In this document: positions 40,277-49,702 of the stretch, one piece after another
Numbering within the stretch: the stretch's first letter is position 1
How the letters are laid out: each line of letters starts with the position of its first letter
Source: Pseudomonas phage sp. 30-2
Sequence record: LC727697.1
Direction: 5' to 3' (one strand)
Length of the DNA: 64,000 bases
Program-made: the position numbers and the translations under genes
Notes under the pieces: model-generated
What the model was told of the DNA's origin: nothing
The model's input: only the letters and a program-made list of their open reading frames with translations
Database searches by the model: none

Positions 40277-40702
40277 ATGCACTTATTTGAACTATTCGAT
40301 CAGATTGAAAAATATCAGTATACCAACATTAATGGAACCGTTAATGCATATTTTATTGTTGGTAATATGAAATATAGAGTCATAGAAACTATGGTTAATG
40401 GAAGACTATTAATATCGTTTACTGCAAAGGAAGTCGATGTTGACGATTATTATTATGATACTACTGTTACCGGAACTGGCAATGAATTTAAAGTATTCTC
40501 TACTATATTAGATATTACCAAACGTGCTATTTCTGAATTAAAACCTAACCAAATATATTTTACTGCCGATCTATCCGAGCCATCTAGAGTTAAATTATAC
40601 AATAGACTCGCAACAAAAATGGCTACTCAATATGGTTACACAATACAGTCAAACAAAAATACCAATAATGAACATACTTACCTTCTGACAAAGACTAGTT
40701 AA
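40277..40702 (+). CDS. hypothetical protein
   Basis: ORF, AAGGA SD. Confidence 0.5.
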   Translation: MHLFELFDQIEKYQYTNINGTVNAYFIVGNMKYRVIETMVNGRLLISFTAKEVDVDDYYYDTTVTGTGNEFKVFSTILDITKRAISELKPNQIYFTADLSEPSRVKLYNRLATKMATQYGYTIQSNKNTNNEHTYLLTKTS

Positions 40703-40822
40703 AAATATATTGACAACGGTAATATGCTGTTATATAATATGCACACTAGCTAGGGAAGGCGTTGTTTCCCTTCTTAGGAAATATATACGTAGATAAATAC
40801 TTTAATAAAAGGAGAAACGTAT

Positions 40823-41071
40823 ATGATTTCTGTCACACGGGAATATAGATTAACAGAAGACGAATTTTATTCATTAAAAGGCACTACTCTATATTCTAAT
40901 TTACTTTATAACAAATATGTAGTTCATATTTCTAAGGATGAAGTAGAAAAACTCATTGCAGTTATTAGTACCAATATAAAATATCCTTGGTATATAAAAA
41001 TACAAGATGGTAGATCTACTGTATACTTTTCACAATATGTAGACCCAGGAATATTAAGTGGATTTTGTTAA
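40823..41071 (+). CDS. hypothetical small protein
   Basis: AAGGAG SD. Confidence 0.45.
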   Translation: MISVTREYRLTEDEFYSLKGTTLYSNLLYNKYVVHISKDEVEKLIAVISTNIKYPWYIKIQDGRSTVYFSQYVDPGILSGFC

Positions 41072-41300
41072 TATGACTAGGTTTAGTGTACAACGATCTG
41101 CTAACGGGTTAGGAGAAGTATTTAAGCTTTACTTAGGTGTATGGCTAGACTCTAATTGTGATGGAAAGTATACTATTTTAGAAGAAATACAACCTACAAA
41201 AAATGAAATTTTTTATAACATTGATTTCGAAAAACAGGAAGATCAAGTGTTTGTAACATTAAAAGGTTTTCCGGAAGAATTAAAGAAATACATGAAATAA
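41058..41300 (+). CDS. hypothetical small protein
   Basis: ORF. Confidence 0.45.
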   Translation: MDFVNMTRFSVQRSANGLGEVFKLYLGVWLDSNCDGKYTILEEIQPTKNEIFYNIDFEKQEDQVFVTLKGFPEELKKYMK

Positions 41301-41327
41301 AAAGATAAATAACTGTGTAGTTTATAA

Positions 41328-41930
41328 ATGGATACTTTGATACTTAACAAAGACGGTAATCCGTTATGCATGTTACCATTATCTGTTGTAGACTGGCAAA
41401 CTAGTATTAAATTAGTATCGCTTGGCAAGGTCGAAATTTTAAAAAATTACGACAATTGGGAAGTTAATTCTCCCAGTATTACTATGAAGGTTCCGTCTAT
41501 TGTAATGTCAACTGAATACATTAAATGGAATCATAAAACAAAGTTTTCCAGAAACAACGTATATTTAAGGGATAACTATCAGTGTCAGTTTTGTTTTAGA
41601 ACGTTTCCTGTTAAACAGCTAACACTAGATCATGTTTTACCTAAGAGATACGGTGGTAAGACAAATTGGACTAATATATGTACTGCATGCAAAGTTTGCA
41701 ATAACAAAAAAGGCGATAACAAGAATATTATTCCCATTAAAATGCCACATAGACCTACTTATTATGAACTTGTTTCTCGTAGGCAACAATTACCTATTTT
41801 AATAAGAGATAGTGATTGGAAATTTTATTTGCCGTGGGATTCAAACTTAATAATTATTACTGATAAAAAATGTATATCAGAAATTGAATCGAGCCCGACA
41901 CACAATTACGGAGAAATGTTAAATGGCTAA
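41328..41930 (+). CDS. HNH endonuclease
   Basis: LDHVLPKRYGGKTNWTNICTACKVCNNKKG: HNH core with flanking Cys pairs. Confidence 0.75.
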   Translation: MDTLILNKDGNPLCMLPLSVVDWQTSIKLVSLGKVEILKNYDNWEVNSPSITMKVPSIVMSTEYIKWNHKTKFSRNNVYLRDNYQCQFCFRTFPVKQLTLDHVLPKRYGGKTNWTNICTACKVCNNKKGDNKNIIPIKMPHRPTYYELVSRRQQLPILIRDSDWKFYLPWDSNLIIITDKKCISEIESSPTHNYGEMLNG

Positions 41931-42195
41931 GAAAGCTAAAGCTGTAGAAAAAGAAGTTGTAGAAAAAGAAGTTGTAGATCAAGAGAATATGACTGAACAA
42001 GCAAGCGAAGAACCTCGTCTAGGTGTACAAGACATTAAAGATTTACTAACCATAGTTGATGTTGCATGCCAACGCGGAGCATTCCGCGCAGAAGAAATGG
42101 CTAGCGTCGGTGGAGTGTTTAGTAAAGTTAAATCTTTTGTATCAGCAATTGAACCTAAACAAGAAGAGCAAGAAGCTGAAACTGAAGCCAAATAA
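41923..42195 (+). CDS. hypothetical acidic protein
   Basis: ORF, GC-richer than flanks. Confidence 0.5.
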   Translation: MAKKAKAVEKEVVEKEVVDQENMTEQASEEPRLGVQDIKDLLTIVDVACQRGAFRAEEMASVGGVFSKVKSFVSAIEPKQEEQEAETEAK

Positions 42196-42212
42196 TACAC
42201 GGAGATTTCCTA

Positions 42213-42953
42213 ATGAGTCTTAAGCGCCACATAGGGAAAATCGCTAATACCGGAACACGTGTGTATGTCGTGTTCCGGGAATTACCCGATGATCCTACTC
42301 ATTGTTTAGTAGTTGAAATAGATAGACTACCAGACATGTACCAAGATAACCTAAAAACTATAGTTGAAAGTAGAGAAGGACAAAATTCTGTCGATTTGTA
42401 TACTGTCCTAAATAATAAACTTTTAGGTGACGGATTGCCTGCACTTCGTACAATGCATGATCGGTCTTTTTTACGCAAAGTGGAAGTTAGACAGGTTTTT
42501 ATGCAACCGTACCCAGGTACTAATGTTGCTTTAGAACTTATTAATTCTCAGATACGCGAAGCTGCATTAGCAGGTGCCGACCCTGTACATACAGAAACTG
42601 CATCAGTACCTGTAGTTGAAGAATCTATTACTGATAAACAACGAGCAGAAGGTCTTATAGTTCAAGCACGGTTGCTTAAAGAAGAGGCTGATGCAAAGTT
42701 AGAGCTTGCATATTCTTTATGTCCTGAACTAAAACCAGCGCCTGGTCGTCAGCGTGAACTTACAGAAGAAGAACTAGAAGAACGTTACAAAGAGCGCCTA
42801 GAAAAACGTAAGGAAAAGCGCAGGGAAGCTAGGCAGAAACGAGAAGAAGAAAAGGCTAGAGCTTTACTAGAAGAAAGCAAAGCTAAGGCCGTTGAGGAAT
42901 TAGAACTTAAGGTTTCTCAAAAACTTGAGCGCGATTCTACTCGCGCGGAGTAA
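42213..42953 (+). CDS. hypothetical protein with Lys/Glu/Arg-rich coiled-coil C-terminus
   Basis: GGAG SD; GC about 45%. Confidence 0.5.
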   Translation: MSLKRHIGKIANTGTRVYVVFRELPDDPTHCLVVEIDRLPDMYQDNLKTIVESREGQNSVDLYTVLNNKLLGDGLPALRTMHDRSFLRKVEVRQVFMQPYPGTNVALELINSQIREAALAGADPVHTETASVPVVEESITDKQRAEGLIVQARLLKEEADAKLELAYSLCPELKPAPGRQRELTEEELEERYKERLEKRKEKRREARQKREEEKARALLEESKAKAVEELELKVSQKLERDSTRAE

Positions 42954-43194
42954 AATGCAAGAAATAAAAGAAGCTTTAGAAGTAAAGGGCATTAATATTA
43001 TATCCATTGAAGAAACTATGGATAACATTACACTAAAATGTAGATGTAAAGATACTAGTGAAATGATAGAAAAAGTTATTGAAGATGTTGTAATATCTGC
43101 ATTAGATATATATGGCAAGTTTTGTCATGTTAGTGCGACACAACACTTTAATATAGGAGAAGATGCGCTAACACTTGTTTTAGAAAAGCTTTAA
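42925..43194 (+). CDS. hypothetical small protein
   Basis: ORF. Confidence 0.45.
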   Translation: MSAILLARSKMQEIKEALEVKGINIISIEETMDNITLKCRCKDTSEMIEKVIEDVVISALDIYGKFCHVSATQHFNIGEDALTLVLEKL

Positions 43195-43199
43195 CTAAC

Positions 43200-43228
43200 A
43201 AAACAGCCCTAGCTAGGGCTGTTTTTTT
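43200..43228 (+). terminator. rho-independent terminator
   Basis: aaaacagccctagctagggctgttttttt. Confidence 0.75.
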
Positions 43229-43360
43229 GGGCAAAAAATGCACAATTTTGCTTGGTAATAAAACTAACTAATACGCTGCATCGTGTTTGTGTGTGCTATT
43301 AAAACTATGCATTTTTGTATAATTGCTAAATATCTATATGCATAGAACGGAGTAGCATAT

Positions 43361-43681
43361 ATGGCCAAAATCTATCTTAAAAAACTCCCCGAACAGGAGG
43401 GGATTTCGTTTGATATAGAAGAATTTCTGCCTAGCATAAGCTTAGACGATTTACATCTTTCTTATGTAGATTATGTAGAAGTTATTTGTGAAAACGGTTC
43501 TGTTAATAAATTTGACAGACAGTTTATAGGAAATCTAATTAAGAGCAAAAAAGATGAACGGTTGTCTAAGTTAGGCAAAATAGAGGCTATTTTTATCTAC
43601 TTAGATATGATTAAACTAGAATCTGAATACCAGGAAGCATATCACAATATGCTATGTACTATTCATGCAAAAATAGAATAA
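43361..43681 (+). CDS. hypothetical protein
   Basis: GGAG SD. Confidence 0.5.
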   Translation: MAKIYLKKLPEQEGISFDIEEFLPSISLDDLHLSYVDYVEVICENGSVNKFDRQFIGNLIKSKKDERLSKLGKIEAIFIYLDMIKLESEYQEAYHNMLCTIHAKIE

Positions 43682-43691
43682 TTGATTAAAA

Positions 43692-43717
43692 TAAAAGGGC
43701 GTTAAGCCCTTTTATTT
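43692..43717 (+). terminator. rho-independent terminator
   Basis: aaaagggcgttaagcccttttatttt. Confidence 0.7.
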
Positions 43718-43773
43718 TGTAAATTAGTTCTATAATAAATTTATCATAATCTTAATAAAATCTTTATAATATT

Positions 43774-44016
43774 TCAAATTCTCTTTATATATTTTTTGCC
43801 TATTACATATATGCAAGCACAACTGAGTACAATAACGTTTAAGTAAGAAAACCACCACATTTTTATAAATTTATGAAACCGGGTTTGCTTGTGGTTTTGT
43901 TTGTGTAACATACTATATGGAAATAGTGTGCTGTATGATACTACATTGTATAAAAACAATGATAATATGTTTCCTATAACATAAACGAATAGTATAACTG
44001 GAAGATAATGTAACAT
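43774..44016 (-). CDS. small membrane protein
   Basis: two hydrophobic helices. Confidence 0.4.
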   Translation of the reverse strand: MLHYLPVILFVYVIGNILSLFLYNVVSYSTLFPYSMLHKQNHKQTRFHKFIKMWWFSYLNVIVLSCACIYVIGKKYIKRI

Positions 44017-44110
44017 AACATTTTATTGTCTTATTTGACACAAACAAGCATACAATACTGCCCCTGTGCATTAAATACAATGCAAAATAAAAAGCATAGT
44101 AGATGTGCTT

Positions 44111-44197
44111 AAAACACGCAAATTTGCGCTATAGCGCGTTTTGCATGCGTAGTATTAGCTATGTATTGTAAAGCATAAAAACACGCAAATTTGCGCT
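44111..44197. promoter_or_regulatory. 21-bp direct repeat pair (aaaacacgcaaatttgcgcta) each with palindrome GCGCAAATTTGCGC: operator-like
   Basis: copies at 44111..44131 and 44177..44197; additional AGCGCT palindromes nearby. Confidence 0.5.
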
Positions 44198-44254
44198 AAT
44201 TTAGCGCTTATATACAGCTATGCTACAGCGCTTTAAGTAGCTAAAACTAGTCAA

Positions 44255-44286
44255 CAAAAAAGGGGCTTATAAGCCCCTTTTTTGTT
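44255..44286. terminator. bidirectional rho-independent terminator
   Basis: aaaaaaggggcttataagcccctttttt. Confidence 0.75.
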
Positions 44287-44297
44287 TTAACCTACGA

Positions 44298-45482
44298 TTA
44301 TTCGTCGTAGTCGATGGTGATGCCAAACGGTGCAGTTACACCCTTGCGACCGTGGTTTATAAACACGGTATCGCAATAGTTAGGATCGCCGTAGTCATAC
44401 ACTTCCATGTCAGTGAAGAATACCAGCTGATGTGGCGGTTCGGTGAGCGTATCTTTAAGGAAGTTAAACACAGCCACAAAATCGGTACCGCCGCCGCCTT
44501 TGAGGGGATACTCATAGATTTCGTCTGCATTGTCGGGAGTATATTTTCGGAATTCATACACTCTAGTATCAAACGTTAGCACTTGTATGGAAAAGTCACT
44601 AAACTGTTCCATAATTCCTAACACTTCTCCTAAGAAATCCCTTAGCTGAGAAGAGCTAATCGAACCAGAGGCGTCTAGTGCCAAGATAACATCAATTTTG
44701 TCATCGACAATCTGACCCGGCAGAGTCGCACCAGTTCCCCAGCTCTTCCGCGACGGACGAGTCCACATATAGTCGGATTTAATGTGCGACGGAATAGTCT
44801 GGTTTAGCAATTCGCGCCAATCTAGTTTAGGTTCAGTGATGTCACTGATCATCTGACGCACACCTGCCGGAGTGTTGCCGACACCAGCAGCTTTAGCAGC
44901 CTGAAGAACAGCTTCAGTGATCTCGTCCCGAAGAGCAGCTTGCTCATCTGCAGACATAGGGATAGGACCGGATTTGCCAGTGCCGTCGCCGTCTTCATTC
45001 CCGGCACCACCCGGTTCGAGGTGAACGTCGAAGCTATCTTTATCTTTTAGTGACGGATCTTTCTTAATTAGTTCGTAGATCTGGTCAGCGGACATTCCGC
45101 GGTACTTTTCATCAAAGCACGGCTCGCACGTACCCGGACGGTGGATAAGCTTGCCGATCTTCATATCGTGCAATTCGAGGTTGATAACAAAGTCGGCAGC
45201 ACAGTTCCACAGTTTAGGCTCTCTGCTGCCGCGCCGCCCCATGTGGTCGTAGACGACGTGCATTACCTCATGACCGATGAGGAAGATAAGTTCCTTATCG
45301 TCCAAGTCTTCGAGGAACTTGGTATTATAATAAAGATGGCGTCCATCAGTACCGGCAGTAGGGCACCAGTCGTTCGCCTCGACTAGTTTAAGGCGCAGCG
45401 CCAAGGTCCCGAAAAACGGATGGTTCAACAGCAACTGAACACGGGCGCGGATGATGCGTTCTTCTAGGGTTTTAGTGGACAT
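44298..45482 (-). CDS. vWA-domain protein with N-terminal putative metallopeptidase (DUF2201-like) domain, partner of the MoxR ATPase
   Basis: HEVMHVV (HExxH) N-terminal; C-terminal ILALDASGSIS (DxSxS MIDAS); GC about 52% vs about 30% background. Confidence 0.8.
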   Translation of the reverse strand: MSTKTLEERIIRARVQLLLNHPFFGTLALRLKLVEANDWCPTAGTDGRHLYYNTKFLEDLDDKELIFLIGHEVMHVVYDHMGRRGSREPKLWNCAADFVINLELHDMKIGKLIHRPGTCEPCFDEKYRGMSADQIYELIKKDPSLKDKDSFDVHLEPGGAGNEDGDGTGKSGPIPMSADEQAALRDEITEAVLQAAKAAGVGNTPAGVRQMISDITEPKLDWRELLNQTIPSHIKSDYMWTRPSRKSWGTGATLPGQIVDDKIDVILALDASGSISSSQLRDFLGEVLGIMEQFSDFSIQVLTFDTRVYEFRKYTPDNADEIYEYPLKGGGGTDFVAVFNFLKDTLTEPPHQLVFFTDMEVYDYGDPNYCDTVFINHGRKGVTAPFGITIDYDE

Positions 45483-45537
45483 ATAATGCTCCGTTAAAAT
45501 GATATGTTTTGTGTTACGTTACAAGTATAACATTATG

Positions 45538-47046
45538 CTAGCGTACCTGCAATGTATATTTGTAATTGCCGCAATCGTAATATTTTAAATAACCTAAACT
45601 ATCCATTATTTCTGATTCGCTTAGATGTAAATTATTTTTATTAGAAATCTTAGATTTTATGAAATTAGATCTATGATATTTTATGTTGTCTTTTATATAC
45701 CAATAACCTGTATTTCTGTCATTCTTGGTTACATTTGTAAACCCGAGCTGTTTATATAAATTTCCATCTGACCAACACCTGTCTGCATATGTAATAATAG
45801 ATTTAGGGGAATATGTTTTTATGAAATATTTAAGAAGTTTGCTGGCTCCTCCTACAACAGTATTTTTGCTAGCATATCTAAGTAATTCATATTCCTCTTT
45901 TGTATATCTAGATTTCCCAAATGTCATTACGGCTACTAACAAATTCTCATTGTCGTATAGACCTAGTCTTACAGATGATTGACAAGAACCTTGGATGTGA
46001 GTTTCTTCTAAAAAAGTTAAAGATTCGTTAAATGTTATTTCTTTTATGGTTGTATTCCTTGCATATATTCTATCACTACAACCTAAAATAGATTTTAACC
46101 TTGATTTTATTATGTCTTGTTTTGATATCCAATCTACATCTAAAATTTGTATTAACTTTATTCCTTTATCTCTGCATTCTATAAATTTATCTACATGATA
46201 TGATTTTTTTCTGTGTTTTGTAGAATGCCAATAACAACCATTATATTCTATTGCTATGTTTGTACCTTTAATTACTATATCTAATTCTTTGTTAGATAAT
46301 ATAGATCGGTCATTGTTAATCACATCAAAACCTAGCGATACTATATAGTTAGATATTTCATTTTCGCCGGCAGACTTTGTTAAAGGATTACAAACATTGC
46401 ACCTCGGAGTAGACCCATAATCTACGTGTCCGATTACTATATTTCCGCATGCATTGCATACCCAGTCATACACATTTTTTCTAAAGCACCCTTCGTACTC
46501 GTCTATACTAAACGTAGGGGTGAGTATGTTAGAAAGTCGTTCTACTACTTTTTTATATCCCAATTCCTTTATAGTTCTATGATCTGGCTTTATATGTTTT
46601 TTACTTAATTGCTGTTTTGCAATAATATCTTTTGACTTAGATGGATTATCGACACCGTATTTTTCTATCCAAGTTTTTATCCTTTTTGTTTTCATACTTT
46701 CTTTTCCGGATTGTGTCATGCCTGGATGATTTTTTAAAGACCATTCCATATGGCATTTACATTTACTTTTATTTCCGCAAAATCCGTATTGGGTTTGTTT
46801 TGTATCTTTATTTCGCTTTAGTGTCCGTTTGTTATCATACTTACAGTAAACATTATCAGCCGGATTTAAGTATATATGAATCCTTTCTGTCACAGAAACG
46901 TCGTCACGAAGAAAGGAATTAGTTCGACGAACTAATTCCTCATATATTTCTTTTTTACTTTTTACTACATTTCCTAATGCGTTAGGATTTGTATTTTTTA
47001 TGAGTTCTTTTAATTCTATATCAAAGTTATCCATTATTCGTGCCAA
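45538..47046 (-). CDS. homing-endonuclease-like protein: Zn-finger pairs + Vsr/DUF559-like PD-(D/E)xK nuclease core + C-terminal domain
   Basis: CNACGN..CNVCN; ELDIVI..IAIEYNGCYWHS; paralog of the ORF at 62881..>64000 (IYAR..I.E..F...H.QG, ADRCWSDGNLY blocks). Confidence 0.7.
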   Translation of the reverse strand: MARIMDNFDIELKELIKNTNPNALGNVVKSKKEIYEELVRRTNSFLRDDVSVTERIHIYLNPADNVYCKYDNKRTLKRNKDTKQTQYGFCGNKSKCKCHMEWSLKNHPGMTQSGKESMKTKRIKTWIEKYGVDNPSKSKDIIAKQQLSKKHIKPDHRTIKELGYKKVVERLSNILTPTFSIDEYEGCFRKNVYDWVCNACGNIVIGHVDYGSTPRCNVCNPLTKSAGENEISNYIVSLGFDVINNDRSILSNKELDIVIKGTNIAIEYNGCYWHSTKHRKKSYHVDKFIECRDKGIKLIQILDVDWISKQDIIKSRLKSILGCSDRIYARNTTIKEITFNESLTFLEETHIQGSCQSSVRLGLYDNENLLVAVMTFGKSRYTKEEYELLRYASKNTVVGGASKLLKYFIKTYSPKSIITYADRCWSDGNLYKQLGFTNVTKNDRNTGYWYIKDNIKYHRSNFIKSKISNKNNLHLSESEIMDSLGYLKYYDCGNYKYTLQVR

Positions 47047-47387
47047 GTATAAAATGTGGGTACCTTTTTATATACTATTTTTATAATATCGGCGTCTACA
47101 TACATATTTAATGCATTTATGGCATCGTTTAGTGTTCTAAATCCAAACTCTTTGTCAAACATAACTAAACCAGAATGTGTTATTTTAAAAGAAAGAAATT
47201 TATATTTTATTTCAGGAATATATACATATTCTATATTAGAGGTACCATATATAATTACATTAGCTGAAATCTTTAGTGACTTATTTAATATCTTACATGT
47301 TATTATTCTGAGACTTATATATAGTATAGTCATAACTGTTATTAATGCAGCTATGAAAATAGAATATATAATCTCGCTGACGATCAT
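47034..47387 (-). CDS. TM-anchored small protein, member of 3-gene family
   Basis: one TM helix then KYKFLSFKITHSG region resembling the neighbours. Confidence 0.45.
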   Translation of the reverse strand: MIVSEIIYSIFIAALITVMTILYISLRIITCKILNKSLKISANVIIYGTSNIEYVYIPEIKYKFLSFKITHSGLVMFDKEFGFRTLNDAINALNMYVDADIIKIVYKKVPTFYTWHE

Positions 47388-47842
47388 ATTAATTTTTTCC
47401 TTTTTTTAAACACAACTTTATTATATTCTGTCTCTGTGTATTGTTTATATATATGTTCTACTTCTTTTAGTGCTTTTTCTAATGAATCATACGAACTATG
47501 TATATGTCTTCTTATAGAAAATCTATTTTGTTTTATATTAAAATAAAATATTTCGGACAGCCATATCTTTTTTATAAAATATAATGTAGGTTTACCTTTT
47601 CTTTTTATAGCTTCTATTTCGAATGAAGTAAAATATTTATTTTCAGATATTTCGCAGAGAATCATCAAATAAAACAATATCGCAATCCCGCATATACTGA
47701 CAGACAGTACACATACTATTAAAGGTATTATTACTAGTGCCAGTACGACATGTTCTTGGTATTCTAGAATAATGCATATAGTAATCAATACAGCAAATAA
47801 AGGTACTAATATTAAACATATGTTACTGAACGGAAGTCTCAT
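47384..47842 (-). CDS. TM-anchored protein (3 TM), family member
   Basis: KYFTSFEIEAIKRKG after the TM helices. Confidence 0.45.
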   Translation of the reverse strand: MRLPFSNICLILVPLFAVLITICIILEYQEHVVLALVIIPLIVCVLSVSICGIAILFYLMILCEISENKYFTSFEIEAIKRKGKPTLYFIKKIWLSEIFYFNIKQNRFSIRRHIHSSYDSLEKALKEVEHIYKQYTETEYNKVVFKKRKKLI

Positions 47843-47843
47843 A

Positions 47844-48299
47844 CTACTTAGTACCTTTACTAGATTTTATTACAGTAGTAATGGCGCTGCTCTTTTTATA
47901 TAGCTCAGCTTGGTCTTCATACCTTTGGAATGTGTTAAGTGCCAATGATTCTGAATTAGTATAGAAATTCGCATAAATAGGAAGACAGCAAAAAGAATTG
48001 TCATGAAAATCGTAATAATATGTTTCACCTAATACATTTAATTTTAAAATATATTTTGTTGAGCTCCCTCTTTGCTTGTCTAAAACGACTTCTAGTTTAT
48101 AAAAACTAAATCTCTTTATATAAAAAAATTCTGCTATGATTTTTCTGTATACACAAGAAATTAATGATATAACACACTGATTAGGAACTGCAACAAGCAT
48201 ATAAATTAATGGCACGTTAGTAACATACATATATATTACAGAAAGAATATTTACTAATGTCATTATAATGACAAACAAAGATGAAGTTAGTGTTCTCAT
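47844..48299 (-). CDS. TM-anchored protein, family member
   Basis: KRFSFYKLEVVLDKQRG after the TM helices. Confidence 0.45.
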   Translation of the reverse strand: MRTLTSSLFVIIMTLVNILSVIYMYVTNVPLIYMLVAVPNQCVISLISCVYRKIIAEFFYIKRFSFYKLEVVLDKQRGSSTKYILKLNVLGETYYYDFHDNSFCCLPIYANFYTNSESLALNTFQRYEDQAELYKKSSAITTVIKSSKGTK

Positions 48300-48332
48300 T
48301 CTATAATTCTGTATCCTATTAATATATAAAAT

Positions 48333-48360
48333 AAAAGGGGCTTTAAGCCCCTTTTATTTT
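48333..48360. terminator. rho-independent terminator
   Basis: aaaaggggctttaagccccttttatttt. Confidence 0.75.
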
Positions 48361-48368
48361 GCCCTTAC

Positions 48369-49484
48369 TTAGTTCGAGTCGACAATAAACTTGCCGTACT
48401 CTTGGAAGAACTTAGTGAAGCAAGGGATCAACTTTCTGTTGATCGGCAGTTGGTATTCGCGCAACGCAGTACGCGCGCCGAGGATGACCATTTCTTGGGC
48501 AAAGTTGTTCATCATGTACTCGAAGAACAAGTTTACCGACTTGTGCCAATCCTCGGTAGTGTACTTTTTGTCGGCGTCAGCTACGTCAGCCAGCCACTCT
48601 TTTAGAGTGTAGCACATACTGACCACGAGCGAGTAACGAGCACTGATCTCTTCGACTTTGAGATCGGTTACCCGGCCGGTTAGCACATCTTCCGGCTTCG
48701 GAAGCTGCGAAGCATACTTCATGTGCTGCATGAAGGAGTAGCTGTGACTTTCGCCGACGGTTCCTGCGATAGTCGCACGTAGCAGGTGGTCCTTGTTGAT
48801 TCCTGCGAGCTGGAGGATGTCGGACACGAACTTCCAGGCTCGCGGAGTAGCAAACGCCTTGCTACGATCTTGGGGATCGAAGCAGAACAGGTTCTGCTTG
48901 TGCTGAGTGAGGTAGCCGACTACATCCGGGTGTACCGTGTTGTTAAGCGCCCACTGCTGCCAGTCCTCGAAGTTGGTTTCGATCTGCAAGTGAACGAAAC
49001 GGTTGGCCAACGGACTAGGCATACGATAAGTAACGCCCTTGTCGGTATCGCGGTTACCAGCAGCGACAATGTCGACGCCATCGGGCAGCTTATACGAACC
49101 GATGGCACGGTTCAGGATGAGCTGATATGCAGCGCCCTGCACGCTCGCCGGCGCCGAGTTCATTTCGTCCAGGAACAGGATGGCGTTGTCCAGGGTAGTT
49201 TCGCCGGGTTGCGGAAGATCGGACGGAATAGCCCAGCGCATGGTATTGGTTTTCGGATCGTAGTACGGAATGCCCTTAATATCAGTGGGATCCATGAGGA
49301 TCAGACGCATGTCGATGACCGGACGGTCAGCCTCGAAACCCAACTGGGCGATGATATCCGACTTGCCTACCCCCGGCGGACCCCAGAGGAACACAGGACG
49401 CTTCGCCTTGAACATGCCGCGGATAATTGCAGCACACTCCGTCGGACGAAGATACGTTTCTACGATGTTTTCTTTTTTAGCCAT
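48369..49484 (-). CDS. MoxR-family AAA+ ATPase (AAA_5; CobS/CbbQ/GvpN-like)
   Basis: Walker A GPPGVGKS, Walker B LFLDEMN, VAAGNRDTDKG sensor region; GC about 55%; antisense ORFs on plus strand are artefacts of the GC richness. Confidence 0.85.
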   Translation of the reverse strand: MAKKENIVETYLRPTECAAIIRGMFKAKRPVFLWGPPGVGKSDIIAQLGFEADRPVIDMRLILMDPTDIKGIPYYDPKTNTMRWAIPSDLPQPGETTLDNAILFLDEMNSAPASVQGAAYQLILNRAIGSYKLPDGVDIVAAGNRDTDKGVTYRMPSPLANRFVHLQIETNFEDWQQWALNNTVHPDVVGYLTQHKQNLFCFDPQDRSKAFATPRAWKFVSDILQLAGINKDHLLRATIAGTVGESHSYSFMQHMKYASQLPKPEDVLTGRVTDLKVEEISARYSLVVSMCYTLKEWLADVADADKKYTTEDWHKSVNLFFEYMMNNFAQEMVILGARTALREYQLPINRKLIPCFTKFFQEYGKFIVDSN

Positions 49485-49674
49485 CTATAATGCCTCTGTG
49501 GTTGAATATGTTTTGCTGTTTAACACCTACATTTTACAGCTTGTAGCTTTTAAAACAACACATAATTAACAATTTTTATGAATGCTATTATTTGTTGTTT
49601 TGCAAAGCAGGATGTTATTAAAGCAAATAACTATATAGTTAGTCAACATAGTAAAACGTAATTTTTTAATCATT

Positions 49675-49702
49675 AAAAAAGGGCAATTATAGCCCTTTTT
49701 TC
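49675..49702. terminator. rho-independent terminator
   Basis: aaaaaagggcaattatagcccttttttc. Confidence 0.7.

Noticed and set aside
48391-49569. Several plus-strand ORFs (48391..48612, 48402..48605, 48786..49490, 49270..49569) overlapping the MoxR gene
   Set aside because: Artefactual open frames caused by high GC. The minus-strand frame carries all AAA+ motifs.
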